Source: a virus. Taken from it: a DNA stretch of 64,000 nt. This document shows positions 8,346 through 17,700 of the stretch, one piece after another. Each line of letters opens with the position of its first letter. Positions within the stretch are counted from its first letter, which is position 1. A program made the position numbers and the translations under genes. The stretch lies in IMG/VR virus record IMGVR_UViG_3300045988_135095, one strand, 5' to 3'. The notes beneath the pieces were generated by a model that searched no databases, was not told the origin of the DNA, and saw only the letters and a program-made list of their open reading frames with translations.

Positions 8346-8812
8346 ATCTTTTCCTCCTTTTCCGTGTAATTTAGATAGTCTGACAAATATGGAATCTTCT
8401 CGATAAATTTGAAGCGCATGAGATAATAGAGGAAACTCACTACATACCAAGGAGGGGTACCCTTCTTGAATATCTGTTTCAAGTTCTTCAGAATATTGCA
8501 TCCGTAGAACCACAATACTAGATACGAGATAAAAGAAACACATTGAACGGAACCTTCCATTTGTCCTTTGAATCGCCCGATTGCATATACTGCTGCACAA
8601 AGGACGAAGAACACGGTAGCGTGACCGATGCACACAACTGCTTTCTTCAACTCGAAGTTCTCTCCTTTTGCAATCATGCCACTAAGATAACCGAAAATAA
8701 AGTTGAGGGTGAAGACGATCATAAGCGAAGACAACTCGCCTTCAATCGGTTTAAGATAGGCGAGGAGTGCAAGAACTACGCCTACAACAATATCTTTAAT
8801 TCTATCTGCCAT
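8342..8812 (-). CDS. Holin (Phage_holin_4 / TcdE-like)
   Basis: 156 aa with four hydrophobic helices. First gene of the lysis cassette. Confidence 0.75.
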   Translation of the reverse strand: MADRIKDIVVGVVLALLAYLKPIEGELSSLMIVFTLNFIFGYLSGMIAKGENFELKKAVVCIGHATVFFVLCAAVYAIGRFKGQMEGSVQCVSFISYLVLWFYGCNILKNLKQIFKKGTPPWYVVSFLYYLMRFKFIEKIPYLSDYLNYTEKEEKI

Positions 8813-8819
8813 ACTATAA

Positions 8820-8880
8820 CTATTTGATGATTAAACAATAATGCTGCAAATATACAACAAAATATTTAATCATCAAATAG
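8820..8880 (-). promoter_or_regulatory. Late-type promoter of lysis cassette inside a 16-bp inverted repeat
   Basis: The inverted repeat is CTATTTGATGATTAAA (8820-8835) / TTTAATCATCAAATAG (8865-8880). The minus strand reads TTTG-N19-TATATTTGCAGC, with the -7 box at plus 8847-8854. Confidence 0.6.
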
Positions 8881-9004
8881 ATTCAGCGAAAAAGTGCAAA
8901 ACTTTATGCCTTCATATAAACGAATATATATTTTTGCAGAAAAATTGTATAATATCGCATATAATTTTATCGAAATATTGTATTTTTAAAACCCACGAAA
9001 TAGG

Positions 9005-9047
9005 GGGAATTAAAATCCTTTCCAATGTTTGCAAGATTGGAAAGGAT
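9005..9047 (-). terminator. Terminator after the HTH gene
   Basis: 12-bp stem ATCCTTTCCAAT (9015-9026) / ATTGGAAAGGAT (9036-9047), followed on the minus strand by TTTTAATT. Confidence 0.6.
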
Positions 9048-9068
9048 TGAAAACAAAAAGAGAGGAAA

Positions 9069-9413
9069 TCACTTACCTCTCTTACTCTTAATAAAGTGCA
9101 GAATATCCCACTTCTTCCAATATCTGGTGTGCCCACGCTTCTTGCACTCACCGTTCGGAATGTCGCCCCTAGCAACCATACGATTGAGTGTAGCATCAGA
9201 AACGTGCAGTTTCTCCTTGACTTCCTCGGTAGATAGCATCGGGTTGAGAGCATACGGCAGATAGTTCTCACAAAGGTCTTCTATCTCATCGCTACTCATT
9301 CCGCAAGCAGTTACCTTCTCCCCTCTCTTCTCTTGCTCGTCTGCTCGAAAACAAGAATCCGATAACGATTTTAATAACACTCCCAAGGTGTGATAACCAA
9401 ATAACTTTCCCAT
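9069..9413 (-). CDS. HTH DNA-binding protein (excisionase/AlpA/MerR-like)
   Basis: 114 aa. The segment ..LSTEEVKEKLHVSDATLNRMVARGDIPNG.. resembles excisionase-type HTH domains. Confidence 0.6.
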   Translation of the reverse strand: MGKLFGYHTLGVLLKSLSDSCFRADEQEKRGEKVTACGMSSDEIEDLCENYLPYALNPMLSTEEVKEKLHVSDATLNRMVARGDIPNGECKKRGHTRYWKKWDILHFIKSKRGK

Positions 9414-9417
9414 ATCA

Positions 9418-9969
9418 TTATAATCTAGAGATTAAACTTTGACAGCCCTTGCCTGAGAAATACTTATCGGCAAAACCATATACATAAAATATAATGGTCA
9501 TTACAAGTATTACAGCATTAGCTTCCACCATTTCGTTGGTGGTAAAAACATTCCAGTATACGATATGAATAGCATTTATCCCAAATAGGTAGATGATCAT
9601 CGGAATACGCCATCTGTAGCAGAGCCAAAAGAATCTGCTCGCAATTATAAGTACAAGCGGATGGATGTAAACGGAAAAATAGATAAATGCTGCCGATACC
9701 CAATTCTCCTTAAACCATACGCACATTTCTTTTTCATGAGACGCAAATGTTACCATGCATGCAATATGAAAAAGCATGATAAACAGAGGCATCACTTCAC
9801 AATAATACTTAAACCAAGTGAGTAGCTTTATGCTGTAGCCTCTACCTGCAAGGATAATGACGTTTATCATTTCGCTAACGTCCATGTCCTTAAACATTAC
9901 TCTTGACAACTGTACAACACCGACTGATTGAACTAACCGATGGACTTCATCTTCTTCCTCTTTAGTCAT
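9418..9969 (-). CDS. Multi-pass membrane protein (moron)
   Basis: 183 aa with 4-5 hydrophobic helices. Own TATCTTTG promoter. Confidence 0.6.
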   Translation of the reverse strand: MTKEEEDEVHRLVQSVGVVQLSRVMFKDMDVSEMINVIILAGRGYSIKLLTWFKYYCEVMPLFIMLFHIACMVTFASHEKEMCVWFKENWVSAAFIYFSVYIHPLVLIIASRFFWLCYRWRIPMIIYLFGINAIHIVYWNVFTTNEMVEANAVILVMTIIFYVYGFADKYFSGKGCQSLISRL

Positions 9970-10002
9970 AAGCTATTATATTTTAGTTTATTTAAAAGAT
10001 TG

Positions 10003-10179
10003 ATGCCGCAAAGATACGCATTTTTAAAAGTAAGAAGTCGGCTTTAGGTTAATTTTTGTGTTAAACTTTATAAAAAGTAACAATCTGAAAGTTTTGTTGC
10101 CAAATTCTTGCTACTATATTATCTTTTTTTTGTAACAGAAACATTGCACTTTCAGATTATTTTCGTAACTTTGCGGCAT
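10003..10179. promoter_or_regulatory. Mirrored divergent promoters
   Basis: 11-bp perfect inverted repeat ATGCCGCAAAG (10003-10013) / CTTTGCGGCAT (10169-10179). Each arm contains a -7 box: minus TATCTTTG (plus 10009-10016) and plus TAACTTTG (10166-10173). A T8 run lies between them. Confidence 0.6.
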
Positions 10180-10198
10180 AAATCAAAACATTAAGATT

Positions 10199-10492
10199 AT
10201 GAAAATGAAGATACCATTCAGAGACAGAAGTCAAATGAAGATGAAGGAGAAAATAGTCAATCCTTTGTCTGTTGAGGAGGCTTTAGAGATTAGCAAGGAA
10301 GGCTTTATTCCTATAACTGATAGTTGGGGAAATGATATAAACCATTCTAGCTTCAGCAGGCTTCCATTTGCTGTCAGAATGCCGAAAGGTTTAGTAACAC
10401 AAGCAGAAGAGGAACGAAGGAAACGTAGATATGGCTATCTTAGTGATTTAATTCCATCTTTTCGTGGCTTTGATGCACCATATTTCCCCTGA
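10199..10492 (+). CDS. Hypothetical protein (moron, + strand)
   Basis: 97-aa ORF, 25 nt after the TAACTTTG box and followed by the bidirectional terminator. Confidence 0.5.
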   Translation: MKMKIPFRDRSQMKMKEKIVNPLSVEEALEISKEGFIPITDSWGNDINHSSFSRLPFAVRMPKGLVTQAEEERRKRRYGYLSDLIPSFRGFDAPYFP

Positions 10493-10509
10493 CGGGCGAT
10501 AAAAGAAAT

Positions 10510-10536
10510 AGGCGGTCACCATGTGGTAAACCGCCT
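10510..10536. terminator. Bidirectional terminator
   Basis: Stem AGGCGGT / ACCGCCT between convergent genes, with A-rich and T-rich flanks. Confidence 0.6.
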
Positions 10537-10545
10537 TGTATGTTC

Positions 10546-10872
10546 TTATCCTTCGAGCAAATCAACTATCTGACCATATCCACCTACAGCCATGACAGGA
10601 CAGAGGATCTTCTTGATAAGAATAATATCCTCGGCTTCGATGTCTACGTTCTCTGCATCCTTGCCTATCTTGCAGGCTACCCGATAAGCACGTAGCTTTT
10701 CTTCGCCCGATAGCTGCATATCTTGGCGGTCTATCACTTCGAAGAGTACCTTGCCTACAATATCACCAATAATCTGAGGCTTGTAGGTTTCCTCTCCATT
10801 CTCATTCTTAACTGGTGATACTATCACCTCACCCTTCCAATTTTTGAAGGGAACATTGAAATTCTTTTTCAT
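10546..10872 (-). CDS. Hypothetical protein downstream of tail fibre (possible fibre chaperone)
   Basis: 108-aa ORF. The functional call rests on position only. Confidence 0.5.
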   Translation of the reverse strand: MKKNFNVPFKNWKGEVIVSPVKNENGEETYKPQIIGDIVGKVLFEVIDRQDMQLSGEEKLRAYRVACKIGKDAENVDIEAEDIILIKKILCPVMAVGGYGQIVDLLEG

Positions 10873-10899
10873 ATTTCTTACCTTTTAATAATTATATTG

Positions 10900-13623
10900 C
10901 TATTTCCCTATAAACCAATTTACGTTCCAATTACTACCATCATATATTAATTCTGTTGTCTGGTTTAATGCACCCGAAGTGAAGCTATTTTTACCAACTC
11001 CGTACCAAAACATATTATTAAGTGATGATTTAATAACAAAGTTGTCACCAGTTTGTAAAAACTTATAATATTGACCTCTCTGAGGTTTCGCTGGAAGTGT
11101 AATAGTTACGCCTTTTGTTACTATAACGAAACAATCCATATCCGTTAACTCCATACTTCTATTTATTGTCCTGGTCATCGGTCTAAATCCGGCATACATG
11201 CCATGTTCTGCATATATCGCAAAGTTTCCATATACTTTACTCTGAAAGACTCCGTTATACTTGTTATCTTCGTACTGATACTTATCATTGCACCCTGTTA
11301 CAGAAATACGTATACCTGACTTCAGAGTATCATCATCTGCGGAAAAGCTATCATCTATTAAAAGGTTACTCAATAATGCTGGTAATTGGTAAGTAGTTCG
11401 ATACTCTCCAAGCCAAACCGTCCTTTTTCTTTCCGATTTCCATGTATGCGTATTTGGATTTAAAGTTCTGCTATATTCACGAAACAACATATAGTTATTG
11501 TATAAGGCGAAACCAGGCTCTTCATCATCGTATCCAGATATATATCTGAGACTCGTTTTATCCAACAAGAAACAGCCAAGTGTAGCGCTTGTAGATACCA
11601 TGTGCCCTTCATTGGTAACATAGAATGGAGATTTAGCTGCCGTATCAGCACCAACAAACAACGGAGCATTGGCATTATTCACTTTGCACGCGTCAATCTC
11701 GTAGTTGCCGAAATATCCCACCTTGGTAATTCCATCCTCAGACTTCGCCCAAAGGTGCTTAACCTCAATTTTATCAGCATCAATCAGGCTAGCATTAAGC
11801 TTGCCTCCAATGAACATGGCGGCAGTTTGCCCGTTATTATCAACACGGATTCTATCTCCATACAGCAGCACCTCATCGCTCTTTACCTCGATTCCTGCCT
11901 TTTTCAGACTCGCCTTATCAACAAGGTCACTCTTACGCTCGGTGTATTCAGTAACGACTGCACCCACTTCGATTTTCGGCTTTGTGATGGTCACATTCCA
12001 GCTCGTTACGTCAGTCTGCTTGGCATTTTTCGGGAACTGGAAGTAGAGTTCTTCAGGAAGTCTATCCTTGAATCGGAAATGCCCCCATACCCTCTGCTGC
12101 TTAGACAGCTCTTTGACTTCAACCAAAGCAACATAACCAACTGTCTTTCCGTCACCATCCGCTTCAGTCATCATACCATTCTGCTGTTCTGTGTAGCAAG
12201 TGAACTTGGTGTTTGTTACAGGATAAACGACATACACGCCCATACATTTCGCATCGCCTCTTACCTCGAAACTGATAGTATAATCTGTGTAGAGCTTGAA
12301 GGCGCTGCCTTTTATCCGATAGAATGTATTGTAATCATCGCTACCGCTCGCTGTCAGTTCATAAGCATCACCCACAAGAGTCTTCTGACCCTTCGCAGCA
12401 TAAACATTACCACCTACATCAAGCGTCCTTGAATTATCAATCAAGTTAGCACCGACATAATCATAGTCTTTATCTGATAATGTCCAACCGTTGTAAGTAT
12501 TACCTTCTTCAACCATTGGTCTGCAAATATAGGCTACAATCCTTCCAACTTTATTATTGCAGTATTCCCAAAAATTGAATGCAATATAATCAGATTTTGC
12601 ATCTTTTGTATCAATTACGGTAGTACATAACTGCCATTCGTTGACCTTTTTCGGTTTAAAATTCATAGGGGTAATGTTGGTGGCTCTGACTAAACGCTTT
12701 GCATTTGTCTGCTTGTCTGTATAGATTGCTTCAAGATATAAATTAGCGTTGATGTCATTTGACTTATAATAGCAGGATATTATGTATTTTTTCCCCTTTT
12801 CAATCCTGATGCTTCTTCCACCTTGTGAACCATCCCAATATACACCAATGTAGTGTGAAGTACCATCCGTATCATCAATGACTTTGATGCAGTTAGTTCC
12901 GTTATATCCACTGGTCATTTCAATCCTTGCGGTATTAGATATGATGAAGTCATTGATTTTTCTTTTGAAATCACTGCCCGCAAGCAGATTGCGCCTTGCT
13001 ATTGACTTTTCGCTTACAGACAGGGAGATTTCTCTTGCTGTTTGTTCGATTTCAGACTTTGCCTGAGTCAGTTCGTCTTTTGTTGCAGCACCATCAAGCC
13101 TGTTTGATACCTCTTTAAACTTCGACTTGTAGCTTTTGTTGTCGAATGCTACAATGCCAGTAAATTTTGCCACATTAATCGAAAAAGGAACCTGTGCAAA
13201 ATAGGTAACCCCGTCATAAGCAGCCTGCGCAACCGCATATCCTGACGTCGCGGAAACCACATGATTCACGCCATCAACAACCACGTCATCCTTTGCGATG
13301 ATATTGCCTGATACAGATACCGTGATATATCCGTCCTCCTGCGTTACATAACATTTGCAATTTACGCACATATCATCTCTCGACGAAACGCCAATGCATT
13401 GATTTGAGACATTCTGGTTTCCCTTCATTACCTTTACTTTCGCTGTCTTTGATGTACCAGGAGATACAATTCCGTTATCGTCTGTATCAAAGACAAGCGG
13501 AGCGTCTTCAACAATAATAGAAACGGCATCCTTGCCAGGCTTGCCAGGCTTGCCTTGCGGGCCTGGCGCACCATCCCTTATCGCCGCTATCGTTATCTGA
13601 CCCCTCGCCAATAATGTTGCCAT
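10900..13623 (-). CDS. Tail fibre / receptor-binding protein
   Basis: 907 aa. The N-terminus MATLLARGQITIAAIRDG is shared with the next gene, followed by a short collagen-like run GAPGPQGKPGKPGKDA. It occupies the last structural position. The 3' end is AT-rich. Confidence 0.75.
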   Translation of the reverse strand: MATLLARGQITIAAIRDGAPGPQGKPGKPGKDAVSIIVEDAPLVFDTDDNGIVSPGTSKTAKVKVMKGNQNVSNQCIGVSSRDDMCVNCKCYVTQEDGYITVSVSGNIIAKDDVVVDGVNHVVSATSGYAVAQAAYDGVTYFAQVPFSINVAKFTGIVAFDNKSYKSKFKEVSNRLDGAATKDELTQAKSEIEQTAREISLSVSEKSIARRNLLAGSDFKRKINDFIISNTARIEMTSGYNGTNCIKVIDDTDGTSHYIGVYWDGSQGGRSIRIEKGKKYIISCYYKSNDINANLYLEAIYTDKQTNAKRLVRATNITPMNFKPKKVNEWQLCTTVIDTKDAKSDYIAFNFWEYCNNKVGRIVAYICRPMVEEGNTYNGWTLSDKDYDYVGANLIDNSRTLDVGGNVYAAKGQKTLVGDAYELTASGSDDYNTFYRIKGSAFKLYTDYTISFEVRGDAKCMGVYVVYPVTNTKFTCYTEQQNGMMTEADGDGKTVGYVALVEVKELSKQQRVWGHFRFKDRLPEELYFQFPKNAKQTDVTSWNVTITKPKIEVGAVVTEYTERKSDLVDKASLKKAGIEVKSDEVLLYGDRIRVDNNGQTAAMFIGGKLNASLIDADKIEVKHLWAKSEDGITKVGYFGNYEIDACKVNNANAPLFVGADTAAKSPFYVTNEGHMVSTSATLGCFLLDKTSLRYISGYDDEEPGFALYNNYMLFREYSRTLNPNTHTWKSERKRTVWLGEYRTTYQLPALLSNLLIDDSFSADDDTLKSGIRISVTGCNDKYQYEDNKYNGVFQSKVYGNFAIYAEHGMYAGFRPMTRTINRSMELTDMDCFVIVTKGVTITLPAKPQRGQYYKFLQTGDNFVIKSSLNNMFWYGVGKNSFTSGALNQTTELIYDGSNWNVNWFIGK

Positions 13624-13668
13624 ACACTTTCATCTTTTTAATTAATAAAAAATAAGGGTGAGGTGCCC

Positions 13669-14712
13669 TTATTTTGACACCTCACAAGTAAATGTACCTC
13701 TGCCGCTCACGTCAGTAGCAGCCACCGTGACGTAAGGCTTGGTCGAAGCGTTTACCGCACTTGACGTACCGTTCCAGTTGGTAGCCACACCGCTGGCATT
13801 GTACTTCGTCCATTTGTAGATGTAGTTCGAGGCATGGGTGCTGTCTGCCTTCACCGCTGCACCATCCTCCACTACCTTGCCGTCCTTCCACACACGAGCG
13901 AAAAGCTCGGTCGACTGGGCACCGTTCACGATCTTGTCGCCCGTCAGCGAGTACACCTCCACTACATACGGGTCGCTCGCATCGAAGAACGTGATGATGG
14001 CACTTGCAATATCAGTACCGTCCTTCACCGTACAGCGGAACGTCTGAAAGTTAAGCACGTCATTGGCACGCACATTCAGAGTGCTCACGCCGCCCGAAGT
14101 GCTCACGTTGCCCGATGCCACAGCGCTCCAGGTTCCTGCACTGATATTCAGCACCTCCCAAGTCATAGAAGTCAGAGAAGTGTCCTGCACGTTGCCACGG
14201 AAGAACTTCGCCACGGCACGCAGCGTCTTGCTGTTGTTGGTCGAGTCGAACGTGTTGCCGTCGGGAGTTTCTATCTGCACCGTCTGTAGCGCACCGCCGC
14301 TCTTCGCCAGCGAAATGGTCTTGTAGCCGATACACGTAGTCGTAGCCTTTGTCTCCGGGTCTGTGTATTTGCACGACCACTCGATGTTCTTCACGCTGCC
14401 GTTCTTGGCGATGTTGCTTGTGAGGTTAAGCTGATACGGCTTACCGCTCGCTGGGGTAGCAGCCGCACCATCCACCTTCCACGACCATCCCGTACAAGCC
14501 GAGGTCGGAGCCTGGTCTGAAGCATTGCCAGTCACGTAGACATGAGCTGCGATGACGTTAGGCGCACTTGCCGAATAGTTCGGAGTGTATACACCCGTGT
14601 CGGGAGTGTAAATCTGAGTCTCGCCCTTAGAGCACTGAGTGAAACACTGCACGGCCTTACCGTCATTGAGGTCAACGATAGTAATCTGACCATTAGCTAA
14701 TACTTTTGCCAT
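13669..14712 (-). CDS. Tail fibre-associated protein with Ig-like repeats
   Basis: 347 aa. The N-terminus MAKVLANGQITIVDLNDG is paralogous to the 907-aa fibre. Repeated ..F(R/T)C(T/E)V.. Ig-like modules. GC-rich patch. Confidence 0.7.
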   Translation of the reverse strand: MAKVLANGQITIVDLNDGKAVQCFTQCSKGETQIYTPDTGVYTPNYSASAPNVIAAHVYVTGNASDQAPTSACTGWSWKVDGAAATPASGKPYQLNLTSNIAKNGSVKNIEWSCKYTDPETKATTTCIGYKTISLAKSGGALQTVQIETPDGNTFDSTNNSKTLRAVAKFFRGNVQDTSLTSMTWEVLNISAGTWSAVASGNVSTSGGVSTLNVRANDVLNFQTFRCTVKDGTDIASAIITFFDASDPYVVEVYSLTGDKIVNGAQSTELFARVWKDGKVVEDGAAVKADSTHASNYIYKWTKYNASGVATNWNGTSSAVNASTKPYVTVAATDVSGRGTFTCEVSK

Positions 14713-14736
14713 AATCGTTTGTTTGTTTAAATATTA

Positions 14737-17700
14737 TTATATGTTACTATTAATAGTCTTTGAGTCTGATATGTACACACGACACCCGAATTGAGCCTGC
14801 CTGCTCACATCGTCACGTGTGATAAGACACGAGCGCCCCACGCCCTCATGTAGCCTATTCCACACAGCATCGTCTTCAGCGTCAGCCGACTGTCGCCACC
14901 ACGACCATGAGCCGTTGCTCACGGTGTCGCTTATGTCCTCGCCATTGCGCAGCAGCGTTGCCTTGAGCGTCATTTCGCCCGAGCCGTTTATCATCACCGT
15001 GCCCGTATCGCTCGTTATCATTATCTGATAAGCCACGCCGTCCTCGCCCTTGTCTCCCTTCTCGCCTTTGCTTCCAGATAGAACTTTTTTCCATTGTGTC
15101 GAGCCGTCAGAAGGCTCACCTGTTACGTCCTCCTCTGAATTGGCAACACACACCCAAACGGCATTGTTGTGATTTACTTGGTCGTTCTTATGATAGGTAT
15201 TTCCTTCTACCCAGTCACCTCTATAATTGATGATATTAATAGTACTGCCGTCATCCGAAATCAATTCAAAGTGTGAGGAATTGATTTTCGTTCCACCCTT
15301 CGGTGAAGTCTCGAATACCGACAGAGATACTTCTTTGTTCTCGCCATTTACGCTTTTTGTGATAGTATGCTTGTACTCAGAGATATTAGCATAGCAAACG
15401 ATACGAGGAGCATAGTCGCCAGTTGTCTCAAGGATAATCACGTTCTGCCTGTCCGTCTTGTCGTACTCAAGATTGCTATTACGATGTCTGTTGCCGTCCA
15501 GCACGATTGTGTCGCCCTCAGCAGGGTCTCCCTTTATCTCAACAGGCGCATTCTTCTCTGTATATCCGTCTAAGCCTTCGGAATGCTTGCCAACGACAAT
15601 CCAAGCAAACGCCTGACCATCGTACAATTCAACCTGTACTTCTCTCGTCTGCTCCTTACCAGCTTCGTCAAGATAAGTCTCCGTTTTAGTGCCGTATATC
15701 TTCTCATTTTGCGTAGATACGCCACCATCATGAATAGTACGCCAGTAACTCTTATTACTTGTATCACTATATGCTCCACCAGCCACAATCTCGCCAATAG
15801 TCTGACAGCGCACTTGGTCGCCCTCCTGCCAGTAGTTCATCGTGGCAGTAGTTCCGTTGTCAGCTAAGAGATAGCATTTCCAGCCAGCGCATTCTGCATC
15901 ATCCGCAGTTGTTTCTACCCAAGATATCACACCGTCAGCAGATACCGATTCCTTGACAGGCACAACTTTGATAAGCTTGCTACCAGCTCCAGATAAATAG
16001 ATGTTGCCTCCCGAATAAGACAGCTTGCGTACATCTAATTCGTGGAATATCGCCTTGCCCCAGATGGTTAGGTTGTTCAAGAATGCATGATACTTGCCGT
16101 TCTTCTCCTTCTCAACAGAAAAGCCTTGTTCAGCCGCGTTGTCGTAATCGAAAGACTTGATGGTATTAAACACCGCATCGCCCAACTCCGTAATCATAGC
16201 ATTGTTGCCAAACTTCGCTCCCATCATCAAATCAGCAAGACCTTTGGCAATAAGACCTTTCGCAAATGTGATTAATCCCTGCGCAGTGTCGTTGTGTAGC
16301 TTTGACAAGAAACTAAGGATAGTCTTTCTTGCTGATAGAACATTACTGTCTGTAGGAGGTGTTGAGTCGTTCGTGCCTATTACATAGACGCCACCACCAC
16401 CATTGCCACCACTTATCTGAATGCCGTTTACCGTGATAGAGTCAACCTTATCTTCCAACTTACCCAACCGGCTAGTAGCTGCCTTCTCGCCAACCGTGTA
16501 CTGAGGGTGGTCGTAAGGGATATCCAAAGGTATCTCCATTCCGATGATACGAGAGTTTCGGTAGTGCTTGCCATCCGCGTCCACCTGCGCAAACATATCA
16601 TTAATCAGCTTTACCTGCTCACCGAGAGGATGGTAATCGTATGTTCCATCATTGTAGAACTTATCGCCATCCATCGTGCAGGTGAAGTTTGAGTTGCTGA
16701 TCATGGTTTTCTGATAGTACTGCTTCGCTCTATCGAACAGAGATAACTGAGCAGTAGGGATGAGGTCCGTATCTGTAATTTTGGTTGCGTCCCAGTTGAA
16801 CAGAAAGTACTTATCACCAACCTTTGGGCACATAACGCCATCGGGAAGAGTTCTTCCGTAGGTATCGTTTGCCACAATCTCAAAGTAGTTAACCTTGTCG
16901 ATAACCTTGAAGCTGACATCGAACTCCATACCCATGAGAGCACCGCTAGTGAACTTGATGCCTAAGGTGAGGTTACTCTTTATCCAACTCTCCTTGAAGT
17001 TATTAGTGAAAGAGTCTGTAGAAGTGACCTGCCAAAATGTCTGTGTAGTCTTCGTTCCGTCTTCGTTATCAACGGTGCTATCATAGGTCTTGATACTGCT
17101 GACTACACTTTCCACCTTTGGATATTCCTCCTCAAACATCACGACACCTTCGATAGCCTGCTTGTCGTTCTTCACGACATTCACATTCTCCAGGTAACCA
17201 TTCTTGGCATAGAACCCATCACTATCTACTTCCTTGTTAGGGAGCATGAGGTAATCAGTAGCAACACCATCGGTGGTGACGTCCGCATCGGCACCAGTGA
17301 AATATCCTTTCGGAATATTCCTATCTGAGCCGAATGCGTACAGTCTCGTAATATAAGTTGACTTAGATTCCGAATAGGACATAGACAGAACATTAACATC
17401 CTGCTCGAATGTTGTCTGTCCTTCCATTTCGCAATATCCAAGGTATATAATGGAGCCATCTATCCACCACTCGCAGTTGAGTGCGTCTTCGGAACAGATG
17501 GCGTTGAGAGCATCAAGAATACTGATGGAGCCGTACTCGATCAAGAATCTCTTCTGAACATCGAAAGCCTTGTTGTTGTAAGTAGTGTAGTCAACAGAGA
17601 ACTCCTTGCCATTGTACGTAAGACCTAGCGCCTTTAGGTTGCCGAGTATAACGTTCATGTGTACGCCTACCGTAGTGGTGAGCTTGAATGAAGTTTCGTT

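Noticed and set aside
8841-9271. ORFs 8841-9050 (+), 8912-9271 (-) and 9025-9264 (+)
   Set aside because: They cover an AT-rich intergenic region, the 9015-9047 terminator hairpin and the HTH gene in a wrong frame. The 9069-9413 frame carries the recognisable HTH.
11602-12432. 276-aa plus-strand ORF (and 11705-12046) inside the tail-fibre gene
   Set aside because: It is entirely antisense to a 907-aa gene with clear structural context. It has no promoter, leader or coupling signals and has low-complexity composition. It is a shadow ORF.
13834-14380. Cluster of 69-151-aa ORFs on both strands
   Set aside because: They coincide with the GC-rich patch, where stop codons are rare in all frames. 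They overlap the 347-aa Ig-like gene, which has paralogous modules in neighbouring genes.
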